IMG/VR virus record: IMGVR_UViG_2778261162_000007
Strand: one strand, 5' to 3'
DNA length: 47,425 nt
DNA from: a virus
Lineage: Duplodnaviria; Heunggongvirae; Uroviricota; Caudoviricetes
Part shown: in pieces, positions 28,792 through 39,050 of the stretch
How positions within the stretch are numbered: position 1 is the first letter of the stretch
Layout: each line of letters starts with the position of its first letter
Position numbers and translations under genes: made by a program
Notes under the pieces: generated by a model
Databases searched by the model: none
What the model was told of the DNA's origin: nothing
The model's input: the letters and a program-made list of their open reading frames with translations, nothing else

Positions 28792-29262
28792 ATGAAGCTC
28801 TACATCGCTAACTGCTCACGTCAGCCGCACACGTTCAACTACAAACTCCCCGAAAAAACGCAGTCGTTCGGTGTGACAATTCCGTCCGGACGTCAGCATA
28901 TGATCGAAAATCAGTCCGATATTATCGACCACATCATCCGACAGCATGAGCCTTACGGATTCCAGCGTTGTGACAAGGTGGACAAGAATTTTTCCGGTAT
29001 CTGCTATTCCATCGATAAACCTGTGAGCGTCGGTCGCATTGAGGATTGCGCGGAGCAGAAAACGGAAAATCTGGAATCCCTGTCAGAAGAAATTCTCGCA
29101 GCCAGCGCCGTATCGCTGAATAACGCAGTGGATCAGGCAGTGATTCAGAGTGGCGAAAAACCTCAACCGGGTGGTATTGAAATGGAAATCACCGGGGAAG
29201 CGATTAACACTGAACAGGAAAATCCGCCCAGCACAAAGCGAAATATTAAGGTTAAAAAATAA
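28792..29262 (+). CDS. Hypothetical structural protein
   Basis: Start MKLYIANCSRQ chosen downstream of the terminator. Confidence 0.35.
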   Translation: MKLYIANCSRQPHTFNYKLPEKTQSFGVTIPSGRQHMIENQSDIIDHIIRQHEPYGFQRCDKVDKNFSGICYSIDKPVSVGRIEDCAEQKTENLESLSEEILAASAVSLNNAVDQAVIQSGEKPQPGGIEMEITGEAINTEQENPPSTKRNIKVKK

Positions 29263-29702
29263 TGACCTTGCGTCCGTCACTGGAGGGATTTATTCGCTTT
29301 GTTCGTGACGACATGAAAGTACCGGTTCATGCTATTGCTGACGATGATCCGACGCTGGAATGTTGCTTTCAGTCTGCGATGGAGCTAATCCCTCATGATC
29401 AGGGGCTGGAGCGTTTACCCATCATCTATGTGCGAACGGTTTATAACGCTGCCGCCTCATTTCTCCTGAATTTCGCTCCCGGCTCGTGGTTTGCCGACCT
29501 GAGAAAAAAACTCAACCTTGGGAAACTGGCTACCGGGCTTGTCAGCGCGGCAGCAGACCAGGGGACATCTGGTTCGATCACCATCAGCGACGCGCTGAGT
29601 AATCTGTCTTTGCTGGATTTGCAGATGTTACAGGATCCGTATGGACGACAGGTTGTTGCGGTGCTGATGCAGATGGGCACGGTATGGGGTTACACGCCAT
29701 GA
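29262..29702 (+). CDS. Hypothetical head-tail joining protein
   Basis: Position only. Confidence 0.3.
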   Translation: MTLRPSLEGFIRFVRDDMKVPVHAIADDDPTLECCFQSAMELIPHDQGLERLPIIYVRTVYNAAASFLLNFAPGSWFADLRKKLNLGKLATGLVSAAADQGTSGSITISDALSNLSLLDLQMLQDPYGRQVVAVLMQMGTVWGYTP

Positions 29703-30139
29703 AACTTTGTTTTGGGGTTATCGACCAGCCGTATGACTACGGCGACGAACTGGGAAAAACCACGTTTGACGTGGCCTGTGACCTCGAGGAGCGATACGAA
29801 ATTTTTACGCACTTCTGGGAATTGCATAAGGACGAGATTATCCAGGAGGCAGGTACTGAACTGGCGTACCAGTTGGTCAATCACTTCAAGTATAAGGCTC
29901 CGCTACCTGGCGAGCATTTTCTGGAAGGGACCGGGAAGATTTTCCATATATTTCTTGAAACCGAAGAAATGGCCGGAATGACGATCAACGGAAATCAGGT
30001 CCCAACCCAGGCTGCGTTACAGGGTGTTAACTCAAGGCTTAAGGACAAATATACCGGGGAGCGGCGCCCGTCATTCATAGATGGCGGCCTGTTTAAGGGC
30101 AGCTTTATAGCGTGGATAGATAACAATGCCGAGTCTTGA
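29699..30139 (+). CDS. Hypothetical structural protein
   Basis: ATGA overlap with the upstream stop. Confidence 0.3.
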   Translation: MKLCFGVIDQPYDYGDELGKTTFDVACDLEERYEIFTHFWELHKDEIIQEAGTELAYQLVNHFKYKAPLPGEHFLEGTGKIFHIFLETEEMAGMTINGNQVPTQAALQGVNSRLKDKYTGERRPSFIDGGLFKGSFIAWIDNNAES

Positions 30140-31070
30140 AGAATTAGCCGAACAGCACAGTTCGCAGCTCTCGTCCGTTCTTAAATCAGCAGTTGAAACC
30201 ATCTCGTCAGACCAGGAAATCACGTTCAGGCTCTATGTCCGGCAGGTTCTGCCGCTGGATGGCTTTGTCTATTGGGTTAATGCGGAAATCATCAGTTGCG
30301 ATGAACTGTGTCGTCTGAATATTGAGTCACCAACTCGTCTGAAAATCAAAGGCAGCCTGCATCGTCAGGTTATTGCGATTCAGGACGAGTCTGTCTCGAA
30401 GGATGTGAACAACATTATTTTCACGCCTGTTCAGCAGGTTGATGATTTTAATGTGGAAAATCCCGATGCGATCTATCTCGGTGAGTACGGCGGCGTCCAG
30501 TTCGCTTTTTCTCGAATGGAGAGCCGCTATCAGCAGTCGGGTATTTTTCATTATCGCGGCATGGCGATTTTGCCAACCATGCGTTCCCAGATTATCGACT
30601 GCGAGGAGGATATCAGCGACGAGCAGATCATATCCAACAGCATCCCGATCTGGCTGCAAATGAAAGATGCCGCGACCGTGTATCCGTCTTACTTGGTACC
30701 GCAGAACCTTCGCCCTCCGTATATCGCGGTGGATGTTCGCAACAGTATTCCGTTGCAGGTGGCTCCCGTTGTTTTCGGTGGTGAGCGATTCCAGCTCGTC
30801 CAGGATTCGGTTCGCCTGACGCTTTACGGATTCAGCAATAAAATGGCGCTGGATCTTGTCGACTCGGTGGTGAACAGGGCGCTGGAGGAGGAAAAGTTTG
30901 GTGTAACCAATATTCCGGTGGTTCAGGACGCAAAGTCGGGACAGGTTGAAATCAACGCTCTGGCGAAGAAAAAGATTGTCGATTTTGACGTGAATTACTA
31001 CCAGAGCACCGCCCGGGAAATATCCCGGCAGTTGATTGAAAAAGTCATTTGTAAATATGAGGTTAAATAA
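30126..31070 (+). CDS. Hypothetical structural protein
   Basis: Position only. Confidence 0.3.
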   Translation: MPSLEELAEQHSSQLSSVLKSAVETISSDQEITFRLYVRQVLPLDGFVYWVNAEIISCDELCRLNIESPTRLKIKGSLHRQVIAIQDESVSKDVNNIIFTPVQQVDDFNVENPDAIYLGEYGGVQFAFSRMESRYQQSGIFHYRGMAILPTMRSQIIDCEEDISDEQIISNSIPIWLQMKDAATVYPSYLVPQNLRPPYIAVDVRNSIPLQVAPVVFGGERFQLVQDSVRLTLYGFSNKMALDLVDSVVNRALEEEKFGVTNIPVVQDAKSGQVEINALAKKKIVDFDVNYYQSTAREISRQLIEKVICKYEVK

Positions 31071-32407
31071 TGGGGTTTAATATCGTCACGGTGAATGTGT
31101 CCCAGACCATCGGGGCCATTCCCTCGAATTCGCAGCAGATGTCCGCTGTTCTCTCGTTTGGCTCCACGACTCATGAGCCGGGAAAGCCTGTATTACTCAC
31201 CCGTAATCAGGATATTAACGATCTGGTAAGAAATCCGATTGCTGCGTTGTCGGCGGCTGCTGCAGGAAAATCTGCGGCAAACGTCACCGTTACGATGACG
31301 CTTCCGGAAGGGAGCAACATCCGACGCGAAAACAGTTCTGAGGTGAAAATTGTTGTTTCCGGGTGTTCGCCCGACGCGTGGAATGGCGAATATACTGCTA
31401 CCGTCACGGATGAAAAAACACTGACTTGGACGATTGCTGATTCTCAGCTTTCCGGTTCGCCAGTGACACTGGGGCAGTTTTCCATTGTTGGCAGTGAAAA
31501 TCTGGTGACGGCAGTAAACACGTTTTTTGCCCAGGGAAATTCAGTTGGGATTTACCTGCTGGAGCTGGGAGTACAGAAAGGTGGAGTCAGTAAGGAAATC
31601 GCTGCACTGAAAGCTTATATGGAAGATCCGCTCCTGCGTTTTTATGCGTATCTGGTGCCGCAGCCGTGGGATGGTGACGCAGAGTTTATCAGTCTGGCAA
31701 AACTCCACACCGCCAACGAAGCGATGCAGTATTTCTTCGTGCTGACGAAAACGCCGGACGACACGAATTACGTTTCGCCTTATGCCGGTATTAAGTCGGT
31801 TATTGCAACGGCGGATGATACGTACCCGGCGACAAACGCGGCAGCAGCCGTAATGTGGAACTATGTTTCCGCATCACCTTCAGAAATCAACAAGGTGCCG
31901 CCGATGGCATTTCGCTATCTACAGGCGGTAAACGCCCACACGGGCAAAAATTCAATTCTGGTCACGATGACGAAGCAGAATATTAACTACGTCGACACGG
32001 GGGCTGAGGGGGGAATTTCCAACACGATTCTGGTGAAAGGCGTTACCAGTGACGGTAACGATATGACGTACTGGTATTCCGTGGACTGGGTGCAGATTAA
32101 TGTCGATATGCAGCTCGCCAACACGGTGATCAACGGCAGCAATAACTCAATTAACCCGCTTTACTACAACCAGGACGGGATCGACCGTCTACAGCAGGTC
32201 GCACAGGCGGTGTTCAATACGGGCGTATCTTACGGCCTGGTCAACGGTCAGCCTGTCGTCGATGCAGTGCCTTTCCGCCAGTATATCAACACTAATCCCA
32301 ATGATTACGGTATCGGGCGTTATGCAGGCCTTTCGGCCTCCTATACGCCGATGCGCGGATTTGTCGAAATCATTTTTAACATCAATGTGACAATGCAGCT
32401 TTCGTGA
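31070..32407 (+). CDS. Putative tail sheath protein
   Basis: 445-aa ORF followed by a tube-sized gene, a frameshifted chaperone and a tape measure, the myovirus-like order. Confidence 0.5.
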   Translation: MGFNIVTVNVSQTIGAIPSNSQQMSAVLSFGSTTHEPGKPVLLTRNQDINDLVRNPIAALSAAAAGKSAANVTVTMTLPEGSNIRRENSSEVKIVVSGCSPDAWNGEYTATVTDEKTLTWTIADSQLSGSPVTLGQFSIVGSENLVTAVNTFFAQGNSVGIYLLELGVQKGGVSKEIAALKAYMEDPLLRFYAYLVPQPWDGDAEFISLAKLHTANEAMQYFFVLTKTPDDTNYVSPYAGIKSVIATADDTYPATNAAAAVMWNYVSASPSEINKVPPMAFRYLQAVNAHTGKNSILVTMTKQNINYVDTGAEGGISNTILVKGVTSDGNDMTYWYSVDWVQINVDMQLANTVINGSNNSINPLYYNQDGIDRLQQVAQAVFNTGVSYGLVNGQPVVDAVPFRQYINTNPNDYGIGRYAGLSASYTPMRGFVEIIFNINVTMQLS

Positions 32408-32418
32408 GGGACTGAACC

Positions 32419-32862
32419 GTGCCTAATCCAATGATCCCCGTTGGCACCCTTAACCGGGTTCGCGCCAGCGTTAAATTCACCTCCCATTCTGAACTGAATG
32501 TGTCCGCCTCATTTCTGGCAAAAGAAGGCGTCGAATTGTCCTTTCAGGGCAATATCACGGAGTTTTTACCCGCTATGACGGGAGCCGTGCAGTCGCCGCA
32601 GCCATACATGATTTTACAGGCGCGTGTTCATCTGCTGCGTAGCCAGGCGCTGGGAAAACAATTCAAGGCGCAATGGGAAAAGAATGCCACGATCGGCGAC
32701 GCAAAAGTGTATAGCGACAGCACGGTGTTCGGTGACTTCGATATCTATAACACGGCGATCACCAACGTGCAGGATATGACCTTCGCCGGGGGCGAGCCGG
32801 GTGTGGCCATCACCATTACTGGTACGTATTACATCAACTCTGAAATGTGGGATCTGGTATGA
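32419..32862 (+). CDS. Putative tail tube protein
   Basis: 147-aa ORF after the sheath. Confidence 0.45.
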   Translation: MPNPMIPVGTLNRVRASVKFTSHSELNVSASFLAKEGVELSFQGNITEFLPAMTGAVQSPQPYMILQARVHLLRSQALGKQFKAQWEKNATIGDAKVYSDSTVFGDFDIYNTAITNVQDMTFAGGEPGVAITITGTYYINSEMWDLV

Positions 32863-33476
32863 AAATCGCGCGAAATTTAAACCTGATTATTCCTGTCCGG
32901 ACAGAAAAGGGTAATGGCTGGATCCATGCCACGCCGATCAGCAAAGAGGTGTTTAAAGAGCATTTCTTCATTCTGAGTAAAACTTTTTCTGCCATTTTTT
33001 CAGAAGGTCTTGGCGTCGTTGCGGGTCCGCGTATCGCTTTTTTGATGCTGGAGCGGATCTCGCGTGATTCTAATATCTGGGAAGGTGATAAAGGGGTCCG
33101 TAATACACTTGTTAATGAGGTCATTCGCCTGGCAAACCTTGTTTACTCAGTGGAGGGTAAAGGCTACGACACAATCCCTCTCGATATGGCGCTGGAGCGT
33201 GAAATCATTGATTTGGATGAAGTGGCGGGTGAGCTCATTTTTTTTACATGCGTCTCGTCGATAAATTCACCGGAGCAGGCGAAGGGGACTATGGATGTGG
33301 TCAATGGAGTATGGAGCACTCAATGCTCGTTATTGAATCTTACGGAATGGATCGCTTCATTGCCGACATTGAAATCAGCCGCCAGTTCTGGCGCGACGGC
33401 GAACACGTCATCAGCGACATCCTCGACTACTCAGCCGGAGCCGGATTCAGAGACATCTGTGCAGATTCCGGCCTAA
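32859..33476 (+). CDS. Tail assembly chaperone (G-like, 0-frame product)
   Basis: Start overlaps the tube stop (ATGA); contains a T-run slippery site near 33238..33245; acidic/Ser-Thr-rich tail. Confidence 0.45.
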   Translation: MKIARNLNLIIPVRTEKGNGWIHATPISKEVFKEHFFILSKTFSAIFSEGLGVVAGPRIAFLMLERISRDSNIWEGDKGVRNTLVNEVIRLANLVYSVEGKGYDTIPLDMALEREIIDLDEVAGELIFFTCVSSINSPEQAKGTMDVVNGVWSTQCSLLNLTEWIASLPTLKSAASSGATANTSSATSSTTQPEPDSETSVQIPA

Positions 33477-33541
33477 ATGTAAAAACAGCAGCTCAGTTTC
33501 GTGAGCTGCTCAAATTCAAAAATCCCGCAGGAGTATTGTGA
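33248..33541 (+). CDS. Tail assembly chaperone -1 frameshift extension (GT-like)
   Basis: ORF in the -1 frame, overlapping the chaperone and ending at the tape-measure start; entered via a T_TTT_TTT-type slip. Confidence 0.4.
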   Translation: MRLVDKFTGAGEGDYGCGQWSMEHSMLVIESYGMDRFIADIEISRQFWRDGEHVISDILDYSAGAGFRDICADSGLNVKTAAQFRELLKFKNPAGVL

Positions 33542-35616
33542 TGGCTGGTAACCAGATGCCAGTTCTGACGCTGGATGTTAATGAAGAACACCTCAGGCGG
33601 CTTGAGGCGATATTTGAAAAGTATCGCAACGGACTGATGATTGGCCCTGCCGGTACGCCGCTTAAAATACCTTCAAATACCGGTCCGGGAGGTGGCTCTT
33701 GGCAGACAACCACAGGCGGAGAAGCCAATCAGGCTCCCAGGAAACCATCTTCACCCGCGCCAGTTCTGGCTGCTTCCACTGATGGACGTTTAAGGGATGA
33801 AAAATGGCGCTTTGTTGGCAGCGGGAAAACACCTGATTCGCTGGTGAGCAACTATAAAGGTCGCGGCGAAACGATGTTTGATAAGTACCTCAGCGGGCTG
33901 GGGAAAAACGCCAAACAGACGCTGAAAACTTACAAGCAGATCAATTCTACGCTACGGACGACCACTTCGAGATTAAACAACCTGTTTAAAACCACCGTAT
34001 CGTGGGGGACAAAACTTGCGGTTATGGGCGTTACCGGGCCGTTTGGCTTTGGCATGATGGCTCGTAATGTTGTAGAGAAACAGAAAAATGCTGATGAATT
34101 GCAGGCAACTCCAGGAGAGTTAAAGGCGGCAGAAAGCACTTATTCGCCTTATTTTTCCGGTGTTGGTAATTTGCTCAATACACTGGCAGCCGCGCAAAAT
34201 GACACTCAGCATCCTGCTTACAACGGGCTAATTGGATTAGGGATAAATCCTAAAAAAGGGGCAGCAGAAAATCTTCCTGTATTGTTAGAAAGAGTTGCTG
34301 CTCTTGCAAAGGAGTATGAGGGAACCGGACTTACTCAGAGCATGCTCAGAGGTCGTGGCCTTGGATGGGTAAATTTTGGTATTGCTAACCAGTTAGTCAA
34401 ATATCAGGACAAAATACCTGAACTCAACAAAGAGTTTTTATCGCGAGCTTCTCAGAATGACTCGTTGCTCACCTCTGGACATACAAGCCAGTATCAGAAT
34501 CTTACCAGTAACTTAGAAAATAACTGGGATCAACTTACCAGCGGATTTCAGGGGGCAATGTCGGGTAACTCTGTACAGCTAATTAGAATATCTAATGGTG
34601 TAAAGAATGCTGGTCTAAATTTCCTTAACGGTGAGAACTTTAAAAGAATTTTGACTGATGTTGAAACAGGTCTGGATAAACTTGGTAAGTATGTAAATGG
34701 CCCGGATTTTAATAACGACCTGAATAATTTTGCCGAAAATGTTGCAAAGGTTGTTAAGGCACTTAGCGGGTTTGTTGGTTTTGCGGTTGAACATCCCTGG
34801 CTTTTTGGGGCCGCAGTACTTGCTGGACCATCGAGAGTTGGTGCTGTGGCAGCCACAACGACCGGAGTTGCCGCCCGTGTTGTTGGTGGAAGTCTTCTTG
34901 GGGCTACAGCCGGAACAGTAGCTGGATTGGCTATTCCTACAAATGACACACCAACCACCAGTGAGGAAATGAAAGGGCTGGAGGGGCGTTTCAACTTTGA
35001 TTATTTTAACGAAGTGCAGGAGTGGCAAAAAAACAATCCGGGTAAGGTCTGGCCTGGAGGATTGCAGGGATTTTCAAATCAAGTAAACAGATCTGCATAT
35101 TTATCCAGAGGGATCAGGAATAACAATCCCGGAAATCTTAATTTCGCAGGACAAAAAGGGGCTACCTTGGAATCGGGGCCAAATGCCCGTTTTGCCAGCT
35201 TCCCGACGATGCTGGAAGGCATTGCTGCCTTAGATCGGCAGGTAATGCTATACCTGAAACGCGGCAAAAATACGATTGATCAGATTATTGATATTTATGC
35301 CCCTTCATCTGATGGAAATAACACATCGTCCTATAAAAGCTATCTCTCTCAGTACACCGGATTAGGTGTTAAGGAGAAAATCGATGGTTCTAATTTTGAG
35401 ATAATGAGAAAGCTAATTCAGGGCATTATTAACCATGAAAATGGGGACGCCGCTCGTGCAGTAAGTGGCGATGATGTGATGCGGGCGCTGGCAATGAACC
35501 GGGGAAACGTATATTCACCAAATAATACTTCTCAGGTAATCAGGCTCGACGTTCAACAAAAACCAGGTTCCGACATACTGGCACAACTCGCCGGAATGCA
35601 ACAAATACCGGGGTAA
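33541..35616 (+). CDS. Tail tape measure protein
   Basis: 692 aa; Gly/Ala-rich hydrophobic segment (LFGAAVLAGPSRVGAVAATTTGVAARVVGGSLLGATAGTVAGLA); position after the chaperone pair. Confidence 0.6.
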   Translation: MAGNQMPVLTLDVNEEHLRRLEAIFEKYRNGLMIGPAGTPLKIPSNTGPGGGSWQTTTGGEANQAPRKPSSPAPVLAASTDGRLRDEKWRFVGSGKTPDSLVSNYKGRGETMFDKYLSGLGKNAKQTLKTYKQINSTLRTTTSRLNNLFKTTVSWGTKLAVMGVTGPFGFGMMARNVVEKQKNADELQATPGELKAAESTYSPYFSGVGNLLNTLAAAQNDTQHPAYNGLIGLGINPKKGAAENLPVLLERVAALAKEYEGTGLTQSMLRGRGLGWVNFGIANQLVKYQDKIPELNKEFLSRASQNDSLLTSGHTSQYQNLTSNLENNWDQLTSGFQGAMSGNSVQLIRISNGVKNAGLNFLNGENFKRILTDVETGLDKLGKYVNGPDFNNDLNNFAENVAKVVKALSGFVGFAVEHPWLFGAAVLAGPSRVGAVAATTTGVAARVVGGSLLGATAGTVAGLAIPTNDTPTTSEEMKGLEGRFNFDYFNEVQEWQKNNPGKVWPGGLQGFSNQVNRSAYLSRGIRNNNPGNLNFAGQKGATLESGPNARFASFPTMLEGIAALDRQVMLYLKRGKNTIDQIIDIYAPSSDGNNTSSYKSYLSQYTGLGVKEKIDGSNFEIMRKLIQGIINHENGDAARAVSGDDVMRALAMNRGNVYSPNNTSQVIRLDVQQKPGSDILAQLAGMQQIPG

Positions 35617-35619
35617 ACC

Positions 35620-36288
35620 ATGTCACTTAATTACTTTGGACAAGCTTTCAAACTGGCGTTTGAAGTATCGCCCATTCTTTTAGTTGATGGCATAGCGTCG
35701 AAAATTCCCGGCGGGGTGATGCCGATTGCTGTTTTGACCGAAGGCCTAAGCATTGTGAACGGTCTGCTGCATGGCGAGATTCGTACACGCTCGATGGCGG
35801 CATTTACCCCGATGGCGGGGACAACGTTGGTTCAGCAGGATATTTGCAACCTGAATTTCTATAACCAGGTAACGGCAGCGAATGCGACCGTCAAGAAGCC
35901 TAACCGGGTAGTCATGCAGATGATCCGTCCGGCATCAACGGAGGACGGTGGCTACATCACTAAGGGGATGACATTCACGGCGCTGAAAATGGCGCTCGAT
36001 ATGCATAACCAGTATGGCGGTTGTTACACCGTAATGACGCCATCTTTCATCTACACGCGCTGTCTGATGCGGTCGTTTATCGATACATCCGGTTTCTCTG
36101 AGCAGAACAAGCAGGTTCAGCACACCTGGCAGATTGAGTTTGAGCAACCATTGTCGTCTGTCGAACAAACGGTAAAAACGCTGGCGAGCGTTCTGGATAA
36201 ATTTGATAAAGGGATGCCGTCAGACGGGGCGCTATCGTGGTCAGGTATTAAGAACCAGGTCGTGCAGGAGTTTGGTTTTGGCTTATGA
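35620..36288 (+). CDS. Hypothetical tail protein
   Basis: Position only. Confidence 0.3.
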   Translation: MSLNYFGQAFKLAFEVSPILLVDGIASKIPGGVMPIAVLTEGLSIVNGLLHGEIRTRSMAAFTPMAGTTLVQQDICNLNFYNQVTAANATVKKPNRVVMQMIRPASTEDGGYITKGMTFTALKMALDMHNQYGGCYTVMTPSFIYTRCLMRSFIDTSGFSEQNKQVQHTWQIEFEQPLSSVEQTVKTLASVLDKFDKGMPSDGALSWSGIKNQVVQEFGFGL

Positions 36289-36551
36289 CAACGTTAATTC
36301 CTTTCAAACCTGACGGGCGAGGACCATTTCAGTTCACTGCCAGAATCGGAGAATATGAAACATTCGCCCGCGTTCCGTTTAATCTGTATGCAAATCGTTA
36401 CTACCTGGAACTGAAAGACAGTTCAGGCGACGTGATTGTATACATGCCTTTGATCGCGTCACCTGACAGTTACGACATCAATCTGGCGCTGCCTTGCTCT
36501 CCGGGGAAACTTGTTTTTCGCGAAAGTACGAATCAGTTTGAGGTTTCGTAA
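36285..36551 (+). CDS. Hypothetical tail protein
   Basis: Position; overlapping start. Confidence 0.3.
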   Translation: MTTLIPFKPDGRGPFQFTARIGEYETFARVPFNLYANRYYLELKDSSGDVIVYMPLIASPDSYDINLALPCSPGKLVFRESTNQFEVS

Positions 36552-37558
36552 TGCGTTATTACCGACTGGAAATTATTAATCCTAAAACAGGCAAGCCGCC
36601 AGTGGATAGCAATGGAAAACCCATTGGACCTTTTGATACCAATGAAACACCAGGATGTGGGTTGCATGTTGAATTTGACTTTGAAGTAACCGGCCTGGAT
36701 GTAGTCTGTTCGGGTACGATGCTGACGATCTATGGATTACCAATTGACATGCTGAAGCAAAGCGTAAGTTTGCAGGGTTGTCTGGTACGTATGAAAGCAG
36801 GCTTTGTTCAGGGGTTACCACTGGCAAATAAGGATCAACAGGGGGAGGTAATCTATGGTGAAATTTATCTGGCCTATGCCAACTGGATCGGCACGAACCA
36901 GACTTTAAACCTGGTAATAAATCCAAGCATACGCAAAACCGATGACGGTAAACCTTTTTCAATTGAGGGGCAGGGGGAAGCAGGGGAAAGGGTGGGCGAT
37001 GTTTTAGTCCGCGCTTTGCAAAAAGCATATCCCAATAAACTTATTGATTGCACAGTCAGCGACAACCTGGTTTTGCCAGAGCCGTGGACGGGCAAATATA
37101 CGGAGATTGGTTCGCTGGCTATGGTCGTAAAAAACGCCTCTATTGCGATGATGCGTAATGAAAGGTATAGCGGAATCGCCATCAGTATTCTTTCCGACAG
37201 AATACGAATCTACGATAACGCATCGGCAAAGTGGGGTGAGCCAAAAACAATTCATGCCCATGAACTGGTCGGGCAGCCGACATGGATAGCGCCGTTTACC
37301 GTCAGTTTCAAATGCCCTATGAGAGGCGATATCAGATGTGGTGATGTGGTTAAACTGCCGGAGGGGCTATATTCTGGCGCTGCGTCGATTGTGATGGCTA
37401 ATACAACGGTACCCAGCGTTATCGCAAAAAATTCGACCACGTTCACCGGGAAATTTCTTGTGAAATCAGTCAGACACATTGGTTCGTATCTGACAGCCGA
37501 TGGCGATGCCTGGGTGACGGTATTTGAGGCATATGCTGAGAACTGGGCGAGGGTGTAA
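36551..37558 (+). CDS. Putative baseplate hub / tail protein
   Basis: Position between the tape measure and the spike-like gene. Confidence 0.35.
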   Translation: MRYYRLEIINPKTGKPPVDSNGKPIGPFDTNETPGCGLHVEFDFEVTGLDVVCSGTMLTIYGLPIDMLKQSVSLQGCLVRMKAGFVQGLPLANKDQQGEVIYGEIYLAYANWIGTNQTLNLVINPSIRKTDDGKPFSIEGQGEAGERVGDVLVRALQKAYPNKLIDCTVSDNLVLPEPWTGKYTEIGSLAMVVKNASIAMMRNERYSGIAISILSDRIRIYDNASAKWGEPKTIHAHELVGQPTWIAPFTVSFKCPMRGDIRCGDVVKLPEGLYSGAASIVMANTTVPSVIAKNSTTFTGKFLVKSVRHIGSYLTADGDAWVTVFEAYAENWARV

Positions 37559-38271
37559 TGTCAAACGCTCAAAAATTACCGTTTCTCCGAACACTGTCGG
37601 AGATGATGACCAGTTCTGGTAACCAGCAAGCCGAGCTTAAAGGCCGCGAATTGCCCTGCCATGTTGTCGATATCTGCGGGCAAATAGTGACAGTTCAGTT
37701 TGATATGCTGCCGGAGGGGATCAACTTCCCGCAGATAACAATCCCTGTCGCCACATTCCCGTATATCCGTTACCCGATACAGCCGGGCGATCGAGGAGTA
37801 ACAATTGCCGCTGATGTATCACTGCGCGGTGTGTCCGGATTGGGAACCGGTATGGCAACGCTTTCTTACTCGATGTCGCTCACTCCCCTGTTTTTCGTGC
37901 CATTGGCAAACAAGGAGTGGTCCGACGAAGATCCGCAAAAAATCGTTTTGTACGGTCCGGATGGCGCGATCCTCAAAACAGAGGACGGCAGTAGCTCGGT
38001 AATGGTGGCTCTGGAAGAAATCAGGCAAAAGTCGAAAGCTGTTTACCTCGAGGCCGAAGATATTTTCCTGAACGGGAAAATTCACCTCAATGGACCGATC
38101 GTCCAGGACAAAGCCCAGATGAAGGATACAACCGCTTCGCTGATTGGTCCTCTTAATGTCGAGATGGATGCAGTTATCAACGGCGTGAGCGTCAGCGGCC
38201 ACAGCCACGATGTGACTGGTGTTCAAAGCGGCAGCAGCACGATTACGTCGAAGAAACCAAATCCTGGTTAA
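37558..38271 (+). CDS. Baseplate spike protein (gpV/gp45-like)
   Basis: C-terminal ...VINGVSVSGHSHDVTGVQSGSSTITSKKP resembles gpV-type spike C-termini; position. Confidence 0.5.
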   Translation: MSNAQKLPFLRTLSEMMTSSGNQQAELKGRELPCHVVDICGQIVTVQFDMLPEGINFPQITIPVATFPYIRYPIQPGDRGVTIAADVSLRGVSGLGTGMATLSYSMSLTPLFFVPLANKEWSDEDPQKIVLYGPDGAILKTEDGSSSVMVALEEIRQKSKAVYLEAEDIFLNGKIHLNGPIVQDKAQMKDTTASLIGPLNVEMDAVINGVSVSGHSHDVTGVQSGSSTITSKKPNPG

Positions 38272-38313
38272 TACCGGTTCATTTCACTTTAAATTCTGAC
38301 CATAAAACGAAAA

Positions 38314-38343
38314 CCCCGACTGTTGGCCCAGTCGGGGTTTTCT
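38314..38343 (+). terminator. Strong intrinsic terminator
   Basis: CCCCGACTG-ttggcc-CAGTCGGGG hairpin flanked by an A-run and a T-run. Confidence 0.6.
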
Positions 38344-38353
38344 GTTTCTCACC

Positions 38354-38557
38354 TTGAATACGCAAGGGATGATTACGTATGTTTGGAGGTCTTCCGTGAT
38401 TAATTTTAGCGGAGGAGACTGGATTGTGAAAGCCTTAAAATTAGTGGCAAAAAGCAATACCTTACGACGCATGTATTACACCGCTGCACTCGTAGCTTTA
38501 GCATTTGCCTTTTCACCAGTACTGACAGAGTTAGTTAAAGTGATGGGGGCACGATGA
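38354..38557 (+). CDS. Hypothetical small membrane protein
   Basis: Hydrophobic segment YYTAALVALAFAFSPVLTELV; stop overlaps the next start (ATGA); true start uncertain. Confidence 0.25.
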   Translation: MNTQGMITYVWRSSVINFSGGDWIVKALKLVAKSNTLRRMYYTAALVALAFAFSPVLTELVKVMGAR

Positions 38558-38901
38558 GAACATGGGGCCGCGTCACCGACGCGAACGGCAACAAAAAATG
38601 GGTTGCAGTAGAATCTGACGCCAACGGTGATTTCTCCTACGGCTGGCTGACGACGCTCATTCAGACGTTAAAGCTGGGATTGGGGGAGTCGCCGTTTTAC
38701 GCGAATTACGGTATTCCTGCACAGCAGTGCATCGTGCAGCAGATTTACCCAGACTACTATGTGAACATGGTTCAGCAACAGTTTGCTGGGTATTTTGCAT
38801 CACTGGCAATTTCAAAGGTAGATGGAGCAGATAACCCCACCTATAACATCGATGTTGTGTTTTTTAATGGGACCAGTTACCGGACGCAGGTGCCGGTATG
38901 A
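38554..38901 (+). CDS. Baseplate wedge protein (gp25/GPW-like)
   Basis: 115 aa; LGLGESPFYANYGIP resembles the G-S/E-x-P-F...G motif of the gp25 family. Confidence 0.45.
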   Translation: MRTWGRVTDANGNKKWVAVESDANGDFSYGWLTTLIQTLKLGLGESPFYANYGIPAQQCIVQQIYPDYYVNMVQQQFAGYFASLAISKVDGADNPTYNIDVVFFNGTSYRTQVPV

Positions 38902-39050
38902 ATCACAGTTTTATGATAAAACTTTTACCTTGGTTTGGAGTGCTGTAGAGAGATATTTTAGGGGGGCGAGTAATTTTCTAAGCTGGAGCATATTGACATA
39001 TATTATTTCGGATTTGCAAAATACATATTGTTACCATGGAGGAGACAAGC

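Noticed and set aside
34548-35028. Two overlapping minus-strand ORFs (148 and 137 aa) inside the tape-measure gene
   Set aside because: Antisense to a long, well-supported structural gene in a tightly packed operon; no independent start signals.
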